DNA of 64,000 nt from Leidyana gryllorum EB-2025a (Eukaryota > Protista > Apicomplexa), in the NCBI GenBank assembly GCA_048772705.1, contig JBLWGC010000174.1, positions 1 through 64,000 of the forward strand. Reading direction: 5' to 3'. The position numbers and the translations under genes are program-made. Of this stretch, positions 20,459-30,296 are shown one piece after another. Every line of letters begins with the position of its first letter. The first letter of the stretch is position 1. The notes beneath the pieces were generated by a model. That model was given only the letters and a program-made list of their open reading frames with translations, searched no databases and was not told the DNA's origin.

Positions 20459-20521
20459 CAAAACTAGTACTCACTACTTCGTAAAACCCCGCCACTTCTC
20501 TTGGTCTGCGGGACCTTCTCT

Positions 20522-20594
20522 GCAGCCATGGTCTAGTGGTTACGACGTCTGCTTCACACGCAGAAGGTCCCGAGTTCGATCCTCGGTGGTTGTA
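20522..20594 (+). tRNA. trnV-CAC: tRNA-Val(CAC)
   Basis: near-intact Val(CAC). Confidence 0.9.
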
Positions 20595-20649
20595 GCTGGC
20601 AACTTTCAGCGGCAACCCAAGGAGACAATTTTAAGCGGAACCAACTGTG

Positions 20650-20721
20650 CTCCGAGACCGGGAATCGAACCCGGGTCTTCCGCGTGACAGGCGGAAATAC
20701 TAACCACTATACTATCTCGGA
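20650..20721 (-). tRNA. trnD-GTC: tRNA-Asp(GTC)
   Basis: intact Asp. Confidence 0.92.
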
Positions 20722-21003
20722 CACTCGTGAATACCCCGGCCTCCAGCCCCGGAAGACCTTCCATTTTGAGATTCCAAGTACAGGAAGCGCGTGGAAGGGC
20801 GAGCCATCAACATTCCGGAAAGGTGGCCTAGTGGTCTCAAACGCTGTGTTCAGGCCGCAGTCCGAAAGGGCGTGGGTTCGAATCGCACTCTTGTCAGCCG
20901 TTGTAGTCAGGACAACCTGCGACTGGATCCCAGCACTGCCCGCCGTGACGTATCGGCACTCGGTCAGCCACTGGATGCAGAAGGTTCTTCATGTAGAGCG
21001 GAT

Positions 21004-21076
21004 GGGCGGCTAGCTCAGATGGTAGAGCGCTCGCTTTGCATGCGAGAGGTACTGGGATCGATACCCAGGTCGTCCA
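21004..21076 (+). tRNA. trnA-TGC: tRNA-Ala(TGC)
   Basis: intact Ala(TGC). Confidence 0.92.
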
Positions 21077-21382
21077 AACTCAGTAGGGCGGCACCTGCTG
21101 GTAGTTAAATACAGAGTTGCACCTCTAAGAGGGCGTGGCATATCGCAGCTCCCGTACTGCTAGCCTTCGAAACTGCGACTTTGTGGTGAACAGCTACACG
21201 CTTTGCCGACTGAGCTACAAGACCCAGTTGCAATGTTCTTTTAAGCGAGGAAAAATCATACCTTCAGACCAAACAGCCTCCTGGTCGGCCTGCCCGGCTA
21301 GGGCACTCATAGGTGTCAAATGCTGGAGTACTCGGTGCCATTGGCACACCAGCGCACTCAGTGTTTAATATGCCTCTGAAAC

Positions 21383-21455
21383 CGGTCCTGGTAGCTTTCG
21401 AACCTGCGACTTTGTGGTTAACAGCCACACGCTCTGCCGACTGAGCTACCAGACC
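21383..21455 (-). tRNA. trnN-GTT: tRNA-Asn(GTT), variant
   Basis: Asn body, T-stem variants. Confidence 0.68.
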
Positions 21456-21872
21456 CAGTGACAATCTTTCAGAGGTTAGTAGAGAGACCCTTCATCTTCT
21501 ACCGAAGAATTTTGCAGCCCTCTCAGGTCGTTATCGAGACCTGAGAGACCAGCCAGAAAAGCTTGAGCTTGTGAGCAAGCCTTCTGCCGGAATCGAACCG
21601 GCGACCTTTCGTTTACTAAGCGAATGCTCTGCCCCTAAGCTAAGAAGGCAATGCAAGCCGAAGATCACGAATCAGACACTATTGACGGAGATTGCTGGGC
21701 ACTTTGCTCAAGTATTCCACTGACTTCAACCACTGACTTCCACTGCCGGACTTGAGCGCGGAGCTTGCAGGTGAGGCCGCATATCCTAGCCACTCAGACT
21801 ACAGTGGACAACATTCCACAGCGAAGGCAGCTAGTCAGCTAAATCATCGAAGTAAAGTGCTGAGCATTTGGC

Positions 21873-21945
21873 TACCTACGGCGAGACTCGAACTCGCAAC
21901 CTTTGGATTAGAAGTCCAACGCGCTATCCATTGCGCCACGTAGGC
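21873..21945 (-). tRNA. trnR-TCT: tRNA-Arg(TCT), intronless
   Basis: TTGGA CT TCT AA TCCAA. Confidence 0.92.
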
Positions 21946-22167
21946 GGCGGCTTTTCGACTAGATTGAAATAACAACATTCACGTTTTTGGACCACGCGCC
22001 AGCCGTTTATCTGCAGCTAAAGTTGCATGGAGTTTGGACGGCCTGGGTATCGATCCCAGTACCTCTCGCATGCAAAGCGAGCGCTGCACCATCTGAGGTA
22101 GCCGCTCATCCGTACAACATGGAGGACCTATTGCATCCAGTGGCTGACCGAGTACCGATACCATGGC

Positions 22168-22247
22168 TGACAAGAGTTGGATTCGAACCCACGCCCTTTC
22201 GGACAGCGGCCTGAACACAGCGCCTTAGACCACTCGGCCATCTTGCC
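22168..22247 (-). tRNA. trnL-CAG: tRNA-Leu(CAG)
   Basis: Leu body, variants. Confidence 0.7.
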
Positions 22248-22338
22248 GCAGTCTTGTTGGTTCGTCGCTCCACGCGTTTTTTGTCCGTGAGCCGAAATAG
22301 AAAGACTTCTGGGATTGGAGGCCGGCGTGTTCGGAGCG

Positions 22339-22410
22339 TCCGAGTCAGTATAGTGGTTAGTGTCTCCGCCTGTCACGCGGAAGACCCGGGTTCGATTCCC
22401 GGTCTCGAAA
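22339..22410 (+). tRNA. trnD-GTC: tRNA-Asp(GTC), variant
   Basis: TCCGAGTC..GTC..GGTCTCGAAA. Confidence 0.65.
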
Positions 22411-22465
22411 CGCAGGTGGTTTCGCTTGAGATTCTCTGCTTCGGTTCTCGCTGAAATTTGCGAGC

Positions 22466-22537
22466 TACAGCCACCGAGGATCGAACTCGGGACTTCTGCG
22501 TGCGAAGCAGACGTCGTAACCACTAGACCATTGCTGC
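22466..22537 (-). pseudogene. tRNA-Val body with CGC anticodon
   Basis: TCTGC TT CGC AC GCAGA plus 1-nt deletion. Confidence 0.6.
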
Positions 22538-22599
22538 ACGGATGGCCCCCGCAGCCCAAGACATGGCGAAGTTCCAGGGAGTAGTGAGGACCAGTTCCA

Positions 22600-22671
22600 A
22601 GGTCGCGCCGCGAATCGAACCCAGGTCGGGAGATTCAGAGTCTCCAGTGCTAACCACTACACGACGCAACC
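22600..22671 (-). tRNA. trnQ-CTG: tRNA-Gln(CTG)
   Basis: Gln body, CTG. Confidence 0.72.
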
Positions 22672-22867
22672 GGCTCAGCCCATCCCAGAAGAGTCTGTTG
22701 AATTATCCGTACTAGCGCTTCCTCAACTGGACACACGCAACACGGGTCTCTCTACTGACCTCTGAAATATTTTAAGTGGCTCCTGTATATAGCGCCCAGC
22801 GTAGGCGTTGGATTTGGGTCGGACAGAAAGCTCACTTAAATCCTTGAAGCAGTTGCGCAAATGCAAC

Positions 22868-22949
22868 CGACAAGGGTGAGATTCGAACTCACGCGGGTGA
22901 AACCCAACGGCTTAGCAGGCCGCCGCCTTAACCACTCGGCCACCTTGCC
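22868..22949 (-). tRNA. trnS-GCT: tRNA-Ser(GCT)
   Basis: intact Ser(GCT). Confidence 0.92.
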
Positions 22950-23200
22950 GAGAGTGGAACGGGCTACACATTCCATCGGGAATCCCGTGCGAAATTGGTA
23001 GTGCCCCTTCTCGATGTCAGTATTTGCCTTTGGAATGACTGCTTGGATTTGCAGTCCGCTGCTCTACCACTGAGCTACGTACCCACAAAATACCTGTCAT
23101 ACTCGCTCAACTCGATTCTGTCTTCTTATTTGAAGCAAAACGGCCGTTATTGTGCACGTTTCTGGGGTTGAGCCTTTCGAACCCCGGAGCAGTTGGACGA

Positions 23201-23280
23201 CCGGGGGTAGCTCAGTTGGTAGAGCATCTGACTGTAGTGCTGGCATCAGATAGTCGGCGGTTCGATTCCGTCCCACCGGA
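23201..23280 (+). tRNA. trnY-GTA: tRNA-Tyr(GTA) with 7-nt intron at 23238-23244
   Basis: CCGGGGG..TCTGA CT GTA G [TGCTGGC] A TCAGA..CCACCGGA. Confidence 0.88.
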
Positions 23281-23523
23281 AGTAGAGTGGTGATTGGCAA
23301 AGTACTAGACAGCGTTGATAGGCCAACCAGACTACTCTGGCGAGGGTTCCATCTATGTAGTTCGGATGGGCTGAGAATCGATCCCGGAACCTTTCGTATA
23401 CCAAGCACCGTTTCATCATCTGGGCTAGCCTCCCTCTGTGCCTACCTCATGGCATTGAGTGATACTCCACATAGTGAGACGAGTCTCTCGACTGTACCCA
23501 GCGGGTTGAACCACCGGCTAGGC

Positions 23524-23595
23524 GGCTGTTTGGTCTAGTGGTATGATCCTTCCTTAGGGTGGAAGGAGTCCTGGGTTCGATTCCCAGAACAGCCC
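23524..23595 (+). tRNA. trnP-AGG: tRNA-Pro(AGG)
   Basis: intact Pro. Confidence 0.92.
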
Positions 23596-23729
23596 TCTTG
23601 GTTGTCGGTTGACCCGATGGGATAAGCAGGTTTTAGAAGTAACACAGCCACCTCGTTACCACTTCGGCACTCAAGGCAATTAGCATCTCAAAAATCGCAT
23701 TTCGGCTCCCTCTTCCATGGTGCAGACTG

Positions 23730-23801
23730 AGCAGTGTAGCTCAGTGGAAGAGTGTTGGGCTCATAACCCAAAGGTCCGTCGATCGAAACGACGCACTGCT
23801 A
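23730..23801 (+). tRNA. trnM-CAT: initiator tRNA-Met(CAT)
   Basis: intact iMet, A1:U72. Confidence 0.92.
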
Positions 23802-23990
23802 AGTGTGCGCAGGAGGGAAACAGTTATAGAATTGACTGGGTCGTGAGCAAAGCCTTCTGCCGGAATCGAGCCGGCGCTTACGAAGCGAACGCTCTGCCCC
23901 TAAGCTTAGAAGGCAAAGTAAGTCGGAGATAACGAAGCGATGGCTACTGACGGAGATTAGTGGAGCACTTTGCTCGAGTACTTCAATGAC

Positions 23991-24063
23991 TTCCACTGCC
24001 GGGACTTGAACCCGGATCGTGCGGGTGAGAGCCGCATATCCTAGCCACTTAGACTACAGTGGA
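23991..24063 (-). tRNA. trnE-CTC: tRNA-Glu(CTC)
   Basis: intact Glu. Confidence 0.92.
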
Positions 24064-24178
24064 CAACTCCCTCAGCTGCAGCTTTAGCCGAGAGCCGTAC
24101 CCTCTTGACAAGACGTGGTTGCAATCCTGCGGTACAAAAAGGAGGATGTCTATACTAACCTGTGAACCATTGTAGCTG

Positions 24179-24251
24179 GGTCTTGTAGCTCAGTCGGCAG
24201 AGCGTGTGGCTGTTAATCACAAAGTCGCAGGTTCGAAACCTGCCAGGACCG
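24179..24251 (+). tRNA. trnN-GTT: tRNA-Asn(GTT)
   Basis: Asn body. Confidence 0.88.
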
Positions 24252-24366
24252 GTTTCAGGGGCACACTAAACACTGACTGCGCTGCTCTCCCAATGGCACT
24301 TGTGGTCTGCGATTCTTCAAAGATGTAAGTTTGTTTGGATCCCGCCACGTGCAGCCGTATGTACTT

Positions 24367-24439
24367 TGGACGACCTGGGTATCGATCCCAGTACCTCTCG
24401 CATGCGAAGCGAGCACACTACCATCTGAGCTAGCCGCCC
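24367..24439 (-). tRNA. trnA-CGC: tRNA-Ala(CGC)
   Basis: Ala body, D-stem variants. Confidence 0.72.
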
Positions 24440-24499
24440 ATGCGCTCTACATGGAAGACCTATTGCATCCAGTGGCTGACCGAGGGCCGGTAAAACGGC

Positions 24500-24579
24500 T
24501 GACAAGAGTGGGATTCGAACCCACCCCCTTTCGGACTGCGGCCTTAACACAGCGCCTTGGACCACTCGGCCATCTTGCC
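24500..24579 (-). tRNA. trnL-AAG: tRNA-Leu(AAG)
   Basis: Leu body, AAG. Confidence 0.85.
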
Positions 24580-24803
24580 GGAGTGTTCTTGGCTCGCCAC
24601 TTTACACGTTTTCTGTTCGTGAAGTCTCGAGAAGGAAGGCTTTTCTCACGGCCCGGGGTGCTTAGATGGCAACCCATCTGATGGCAGTGGTGGCATCAGC
24701 TATTCGACGAGGAAATTCCGTCCGCCGGGAGTTGAGGAGTGGACTTCCAACGCATTCCATCCTGATCGATGCTTCGCTACCTCTACAGCCTCGCTCAAAG
24801 ATT

Positions 24804-24875
24804 GTCCGAGTCGTCTAGTGGTTAGGACAGCACGTTGTGGCCGTGCAAACCCAGGCTCGATTCCTGGCTCGGACA
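24804..24875 (+). tRNA. trnH-GTG: tRNA-His(GTG)
   Basis: intact His. Confidence 0.9.
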
Positions 24876-24950
24876 AGCAGTCTAAAGTGCATTGCTCTTC
24901 GCCCCGGTTGAAAATATTGTTGCAGCCATGGTCAAGCCTGTACGATCGGC

Positions 24951-25021
24951 TGCACCTGCCGGGACTCGAACCCGGGCTGCGAGCATGGGAAGCTCGCATC
25001 CTACCCTTGGACCACAAGTGC
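24951..25021 (-). tRNA. trnG-CCC: tRNA-Gly(CCC)
   Basis: intact Gly(CCC). Confidence 0.92.
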
Positions 25022-25514
25022 ACTCGAGAAAGAGCTCCAGCACCCCGAGACTCGGCCGCAGTCTGCGTTGAGCTAGTGGGTGCCTCAAGTACGGGCAGGT
25101 TCCAGTCTGCGACTTTGTGGCTAAGAGACTTACCCTCTGGTGGCTGAACTACGAGGCTCGGCTAAGATGATTGGACCTTGAGAGACTTGAGCTTTGCAGG
25201 TGCCCAGTCGATGCAGTCAAGCCTCCTGCCGGAATCAAACCGGCGACCTTTCGCTTACTAAGCGAATGCTCTGCCTCTAAGCTAAGAAGGCAATGCAGGC
25301 CGAAGATCACGAATCAGACACTATTGACGGAGATTGCTGGGTACTTTGCTCGAGTATTCCACTGACCTCAACCACTGACGTCCACTGCCGGACTTGAGCC
25401 CGGAGCTTGCGGGTGAGGCCGCATATCCTAGCCACTCAGACTACAGTGGGCAACATTCCACAGCGAAGGCAGCTAGTCAGCCAAATCATCGAAGTAAAGT
25501 GCTGAGCATTTGGC

Positions 25515-25587
25515 TACCTACGGCGAGACTCGAACTCGCAACCTTTGGATTAGAAGTCCAACGCGCTATCCATTGCGCCACGTAGGC
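25515..25587 (-). tRNA. trnR-TCT: tRNA-Arg(TCT)
   Basis: intact Arg(TCT). Confidence 0.92.
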
Positions 25588-25676
25588 GGCAGCTTTTCGA
25601 CTAGATTGAAATAACAACATTCAAGTTTTTGGACCACGCGCCAGCCGTTTCTCTGCAGCCAAAGTTGCATGGCGTT

Positions 25677-25749
25677 TGGATGACCTGGGTATCGATCCCA
25701 GTACCTCTCGCATGCAAAGCGAGCGCTGCACCATCTGAGCTAGCCGCCC
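25677..25749 (-). tRNA. trnA-TGC: tRNA-Ala(TGC), variant
   Basis: Ala body, TGC. Confidence 0.65.
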
Positions 25750-25809
25750 ATCCGTACAACATGGAAGACCTATCGCATCAAGTGGCTGACCGAGTGCCGA
25801 TACCATGGC

Positions 25810-25889
25810 TGACAAGAGTTGGATTCGAACCCACGCCCTTTCGGACTGCGGCCTGAACACAGCGCCTTAGACCACTCGGCCATCTTGCC
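25810..25889 (-). tRNA. trnL-CAG: tRNA-Leu(CAG)
   Basis: Leu body, one T-stem mismatch. Confidence 0.8.
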
Positions 25890-25981
25890 GCAGTCTTGTT
25901 GGTTCGTCGCTCCACGCGTTTTTTTGTCCGTGAGCCGAAATAGAAAGACTTCTGGGATTGGAGGCCGGCGTGTTCGGAGCG

Positions 25982-26053
25982 TCCGAGTCAGTATAGTGGT
26001 TAGTGTCTCCGCCTGTCACGCGGAAGACCCGGGTTCGATTCCCGGCAGATGCA
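25982..26053 (+). pseudogene. chimeric tRNA: Asp(GTC) body + Gly(GCC) 3' acceptor strand
   Basis: same 5' as Asp 22339 up to GGTTCGATTCCCGG, then CAGATGCA and Gly flank. Confidence 0.85.
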
Positions 26054-26117
26054 GAGGAGATAGCACAAGGTTGAGTTTTGCGCGTGAGTTGGTGTTCGAC
26101 CCTCCGATCACATCGCA

Positions 26118-26199
26118 CGACAACTGCTGGATTTGAACCAGCGCGGGCCAGGCCCAGTAGATTTCGAGTCTACCCCCTTAACCACTCGGGCAAGTTGCC
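26118..26199 (-). tRNA. trnS-CGA: tRNA-Ser(CGA)
   Basis: GTAGA CT CGA AA TCTAC. Confidence 0.9.
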
Positions 26200-26595
26200 A
26201 ACGGTGGAACTCGGCATGCCGCAGGCAGTGGCTTCACATACGGTTCAGCAGCTTGACTCGGACCGCTCGCGCTGTCCGAACCCGCGGTCTCTCCATTGAA
26301 AGTCTTGCGCTCTACCAACGGAGCTGGCGCGGCAAGGAAGCTTGGACTTGGTAAAAAGTTCCTTTCGTATTGGCAACTCTTTATCAAAGATCCACTCACT
26401 TGGTCACGCCCGGGCTCAAACAGGGGACCTTGAGCTTATTAGGCTCACGCTCTAACCGACTGAGCCACGCGACCACTTCTGCGACGACAGATGGCACCTA
26501 TTCACTTACTTGATGCCTCTGCGTCGCCACTGCAATCTCTAGCATGTATTGCTGGTGTTTTGAGCCCAGCCGCCTACTACGATGATCGCAGCACA

Positions 26596-26677
26596 CGACA
26601 ACTGCTGGATTTGAACCAGCGCGGGCCAGGCCCAGTAGATTTCTAGTCTACCCCCTTAACCACTCGGGCAAGTTGCC
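26596..26677 (-). tRNA. trnS-AGA: tRNA-Ser(AGA)
   Basis: intact Ser(AGA). Confidence 0.92.
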
Positions 26678-27121
26678 GCTGTTGAACTTGGCATTTTGCG
26701 GCCAGTGGCTTCACATACGGTTCAGCGAGCTTTACTAGGACTCCTCGCGCCGCCCGAACCCGCGGATCTCCCTTCAAAAGTCTTGCGCTCTACTGACGGA
26801 GTTGGGGCGGCAAGGAAGCTCGCCCCGTACCCGAGGAAGGCCCAAGATTCCACGATCAATACAAATGGAATTGGTTACTACGTCCGAATCTGTATCAGAG
26901 ATCCACTCACTTGATCACGCCGACATACCATGTTTTCCAAGACGGTACGGCTCTCGGCCGAAGCCCAACTCAACCACTCAACCACTCGTCCACTGGAGTC
27001 TAAGTGGCTAGGATACGGGGCTTTCACCAGGACGATTCGGGTTCAAGTCCCGGCAGTGGAAATCCACCAGAGTTTGGTTGTAGGCACCGGTTCCATTCTT
27101 ACTCCCAGAGACATTGATTTG

Positions 27122-27194
27122 CACCGCCCGCGGGGCTCGAACCCGCGACTGCAAGATTAACAGTCTTGCGCTCTACGGACTGAGCTAGGGCGGC
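27122..27194 (-). tRNA. tRNA-Lys body with GTT anticodon
   Basis: CAAGA CT GTT AA TCTTG. Confidence 0.7.
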
Positions 27195-27492
27195 TAACGA
27201 AGCTCTAGACTTAGTTACACCCTATTTGCCGTTGGGCGGAGCAGTGGAAGTCATTGGACCGGTGGAACACGCTTAGTAAGCGAAAGGTCGCCGGTTCGAT
27301 TCGGGCAGAAGGCTTTGTTGCATCGATAGGCTTAAGAGGAATGGCTGTCGCCACGTACAAGATTCACAAGATCGTGTTCTGCATCTGTGGTCTAGTGGAA
27401 GAGTCGCTCGCTGCCATCGAGATAACCTGTGTGCGATTCCCGACTGCAAAATGGTAGCATGATGAGTTTGTCGGCGGTTTCGATTCTGACCG

Positions 27493-27565
27493 TGGGAGTG
27501 GAGAGGATCGAACTCTCGACTTCAGGATTATGAGACCTACGCGCTACCGACTGCGCTACACTCCC
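27493..27565 (-). tRNA. trnM-CAT: elongator tRNA-Met(CAT)
   Basis: intact eMet. Confidence 0.92.
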
Positions 27566-27801
27566 CCTCCGACTTTCTCCGAGGAATCACCTGAACCCAG
27601 AACCATGCTGCCAGGCAGGTTGGGTCAAGATACAACAAAGCGGGCTGTTCTGGGAATGGAACTTAGGACTTCTTCCACCCGACGGAGGTATCATACCACT
27701 ACACCAAACAGCCGCCTGTCGTTCGTGCAACCCGCTGAAGACAGTTTAAAAAGTGGTCATCCTATGTTGAGAACCAACAAATGCGATGGGGTCTGCACCA
27801 C

Positions 27802-27874
27802 GGGCGACTAGCTCAAATGGTAGAGCGCTCGCTTCGCATGCGAGAGGTACTGGGATCGATACCCAGGTCGTCCA
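27802..27874 (+). tRNA. trnA-CGC: tRNA-Ala(CGC)
   Basis: intact Ala(CGC). Confidence 0.92.
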
Positions 27875-27989
27875 AAGTACGTACAGCTGCACGTGGCGGG
27901 ATCCAAACAAACTTCCATCTTTGACGGGTCGCAGACCACAAGTGCCATTGGCACACCAGCGCACTCAGTGTTTAGTGTGCCTCTGAAAC

Positions 27990-28062
27990 CGGTCCTGGCA
28001 GGTTTCGAACCTGCGACTTTGTGGTTAACAGCCACACGCTCTGCCGACTGAGCTACAAGACC
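27990..28062 (-). tRNA. trnN-GTT: tRNA-Asn(GTT)
   Basis: intact Asn. Confidence 0.92.
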
Positions 28063-28179
28063 CAGCTACAATGGTTCAGAGGTTAGTATAGAGATCCTCC
28101 TTTTTCTACAACAGGATTCTGCAACCACGTCTTGTCAAGAGGGTACGGCTCTCGGCTAAAGCCTCAACTCGACCACTTG

Positions 28180-28252
28180 TCCACTGTAGTCTAAGTGGCT
28201 AGGATGTGCGGCTCTCACCCGCACGATCCGGGTTCAAGTCCCGGCAGTGGAA
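28180..28252 (+). tRNA. trnE-CTC: tRNA-Glu(CTC)
   Basis: near-intact Glu. Confidence 0.9.
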
Positions 28253-28328
28253 GTCATTGAAGTACTCGAGCAAAGTGCTCCACTAATCTCCGTCAGTAGC
28301 CATCGTTTCGTTATCTCCAACTTACATT

Positions 28329-28400
28329 GCCTTCTTAGCTTAGGGGCAGAGCGTTCGCTTCATAAGCGAGAAGTCGCCGGTTCGATTCCGGCAGAAGGCT
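28329..28400 (+). tRNA. tRNA-Thr body with CAT anticodon
   Basis: TTCGC TT CAT AA GCGAG; otherwise matches Thr(CGT). Confidence 0.75.
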
Positions 28401-28578
28401 TTGTTGCATCGATAGGCTGAAGAGGAATGGCTGTCGCCACGTACAAGATTCACAAGATCGTGTTCTGCATCTGTGGTCTAGTGGAAGAGTCGCTCGCTGC
28501 CATCGAGATAACCTGTGTGCGATTCCCGACTGCAAAATGGTAGCATGATGAGTTTGTCGGCGGTTTCGATTCTGACCG

Positions 28579-28651
28579 TGGGAGTGGAGAGGATCGAACT
28601 CTCGACTTCAGGATTATGAGACCTACGAGCTACCGACTGCGCTACACTCCC
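28579..28651 (-). tRNA. trnM-CAT: elongator tRNA-Met(CAT)
   Basis: eMet, one D-stem variant. Confidence 0.82.
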
Positions 28652-28887
28652 CCTCCGACTTTCTCCGAGGAATCACCTGAACCCAGAACCATGCTGCCAG
28701 GCAGGTTGGGTCAAGATACAACAAAGCGGGCTGTTCTGGGAATGGAACCTAGGACTTCTTCCACCCGACGGAGGTATCATACCACTACACCAAACAGCCG
28801 CCTGTCGTTCGTGCAACCCGCTGAAGACAGTTTAAAAAGTGGTCATCCTATGTTGAGAACCAACAAATGCGATGGGGTCTGCACCAC

Positions 28888-28960
28888 GGGCGACTAGCTC
28901 AAATGGTAGAGCGCTCGCTTCGCATGCGAGAGGTACTGGGATCGATACCCAGGTCGTCCA
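28888..28960 (+). tRNA. trnA-CGC: tRNA-Ala(CGC)
   Basis: intact Ala(CGC). Confidence 0.92.
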
Positions 28961-29472
28961 AAGTACGTACGGCTGCACGTGGCGGGATGCAAACAAACTT
29001 CCATCTTTGAAGGGTCGCAGACCACAAGTGCCATTGGCACACCAGCGCACTCAGTGTTTAGTGTGCCTCTGAAAGCGGTCCTGGCAGGTTTCGAAACTGC
29101 GACTTTGTGGTGAACAGCTACACGCTTTGCCGACTGAGCTACAAGACCCAGTTGCAATGTTCTTTTGAGCGAGGAGAAATCATACCTTCAGACCAAACAG
29201 CCCCCTGGTCGGCCTGCCCAGCTACGGCACTCATAAGTGTCAAATCGATCCGCATCTCAAGAACCACATTTCCGCTTCCTGCATGATATCCGACGCTGGA
29301 GTAGTGGAACTCAGTGCGAGAGTGTTGGGCTTATGACTGCAGTGTCCGAGGTCTCCCGCAACACGGGTCTCTACTGATCTCTGAAATATTAAGTGGCTCC
29401 TGTATATAGCGCGCAGCGTAGAGCCTTGGATTTGGGTCGGACAAAGCAGTTGCGCTTTTTCCCGAATGCTAC

Positions 29473-29554
29473 CGACAGGGGTGAGATTCGAACTCACGCG
29501 GGTGAAACCCAACGGCTTAGCAGGCCGCCGCCTCAACCACTCGGCCACCTTGCC
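29473..29554 (-). tRNA. trnS-GCT: tRNA-Ser(GCT)
   Basis: Ser(GCT) body. Confidence 0.85.
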
Positions 29555-30222
29555 GAGAGTGGAACGGGCTACGCCTTCCATCGGGATCCCGTGCGAATTG
29601 GTAGTGCTCCTTCTCCGTGCAGAAAGGTCTGAGCGGCCGCTTCAATCCCAGTCATGGGGTTTTGCTGAACACATCAGTCGGCTCCTTTGGCTACTGACTG
29701 TTCACCTCAACTCTGAAGCGGTCGCGTATTTCAGGCGGCCAGAGCGTGAGCCTAATGAGTTCTGAGTCCGCGGTTGGAGCCCGTGCGTGACCAAGTGAGT
29801 GCATCTCTGATACAGCTTCGCCCTGTACCCGAGGAAGGCCCAAGATTCAACGATCAATACGAATGGAATTTGTTACTAAGTCCGAGCTTCGTCGCCGCCC
29901 CAAGTCCGTCGATAGAGCGCAAGACTTTTGATGGGAGACCGCAGGTTCGGGCAGCGCGAGAAGTCCGAGTCGAGCTTGCTGAACCGTATGTGACGGCACT
30001 GGGCGCAAGATGCCCAGTTGGACAGGTGGCAACTTGCCCGAGTGGTTAGGGGGTAGACTCTGCCGACTGAGCTACAAGACCCAGTTGCAATGTTCTTTTA
30101 AGCGGGGAAAAATCATACCTTCAGACCAAACAGTCTCCTGGTCGGCCTGCCCGGCTAGGGCACTCATAGGTGTCAAATGCTGGACTACTCGGCGGTCGCG
30201 TTCGGCTGTCATTGGGTTGATT

Positions 30223-30296
30223 TGCTCCCCGGGGGGATCGAACCCTCGACCTTCGGCACATAAGGCCGATGCTCTAACCAGCTGAGCTAGGGGAGC
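30223..30296 (-). tRNA. trnI-TAT: tRNA-Ile(TAT)
   Basis: Ile(TAT) body. Confidence 0.88.

Larger units (their letters stand above)
27290..29150. repeat. Direct repeat with 1086-bp period (Gly-psi, eMet, Pro-psi, Ala, Asn)
   Basis: GGCTTTGTTGCATCGATAGGC at 27311 and 28397; ORFs 27530 and 28616 nearly identical. Confidence 0.9.
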
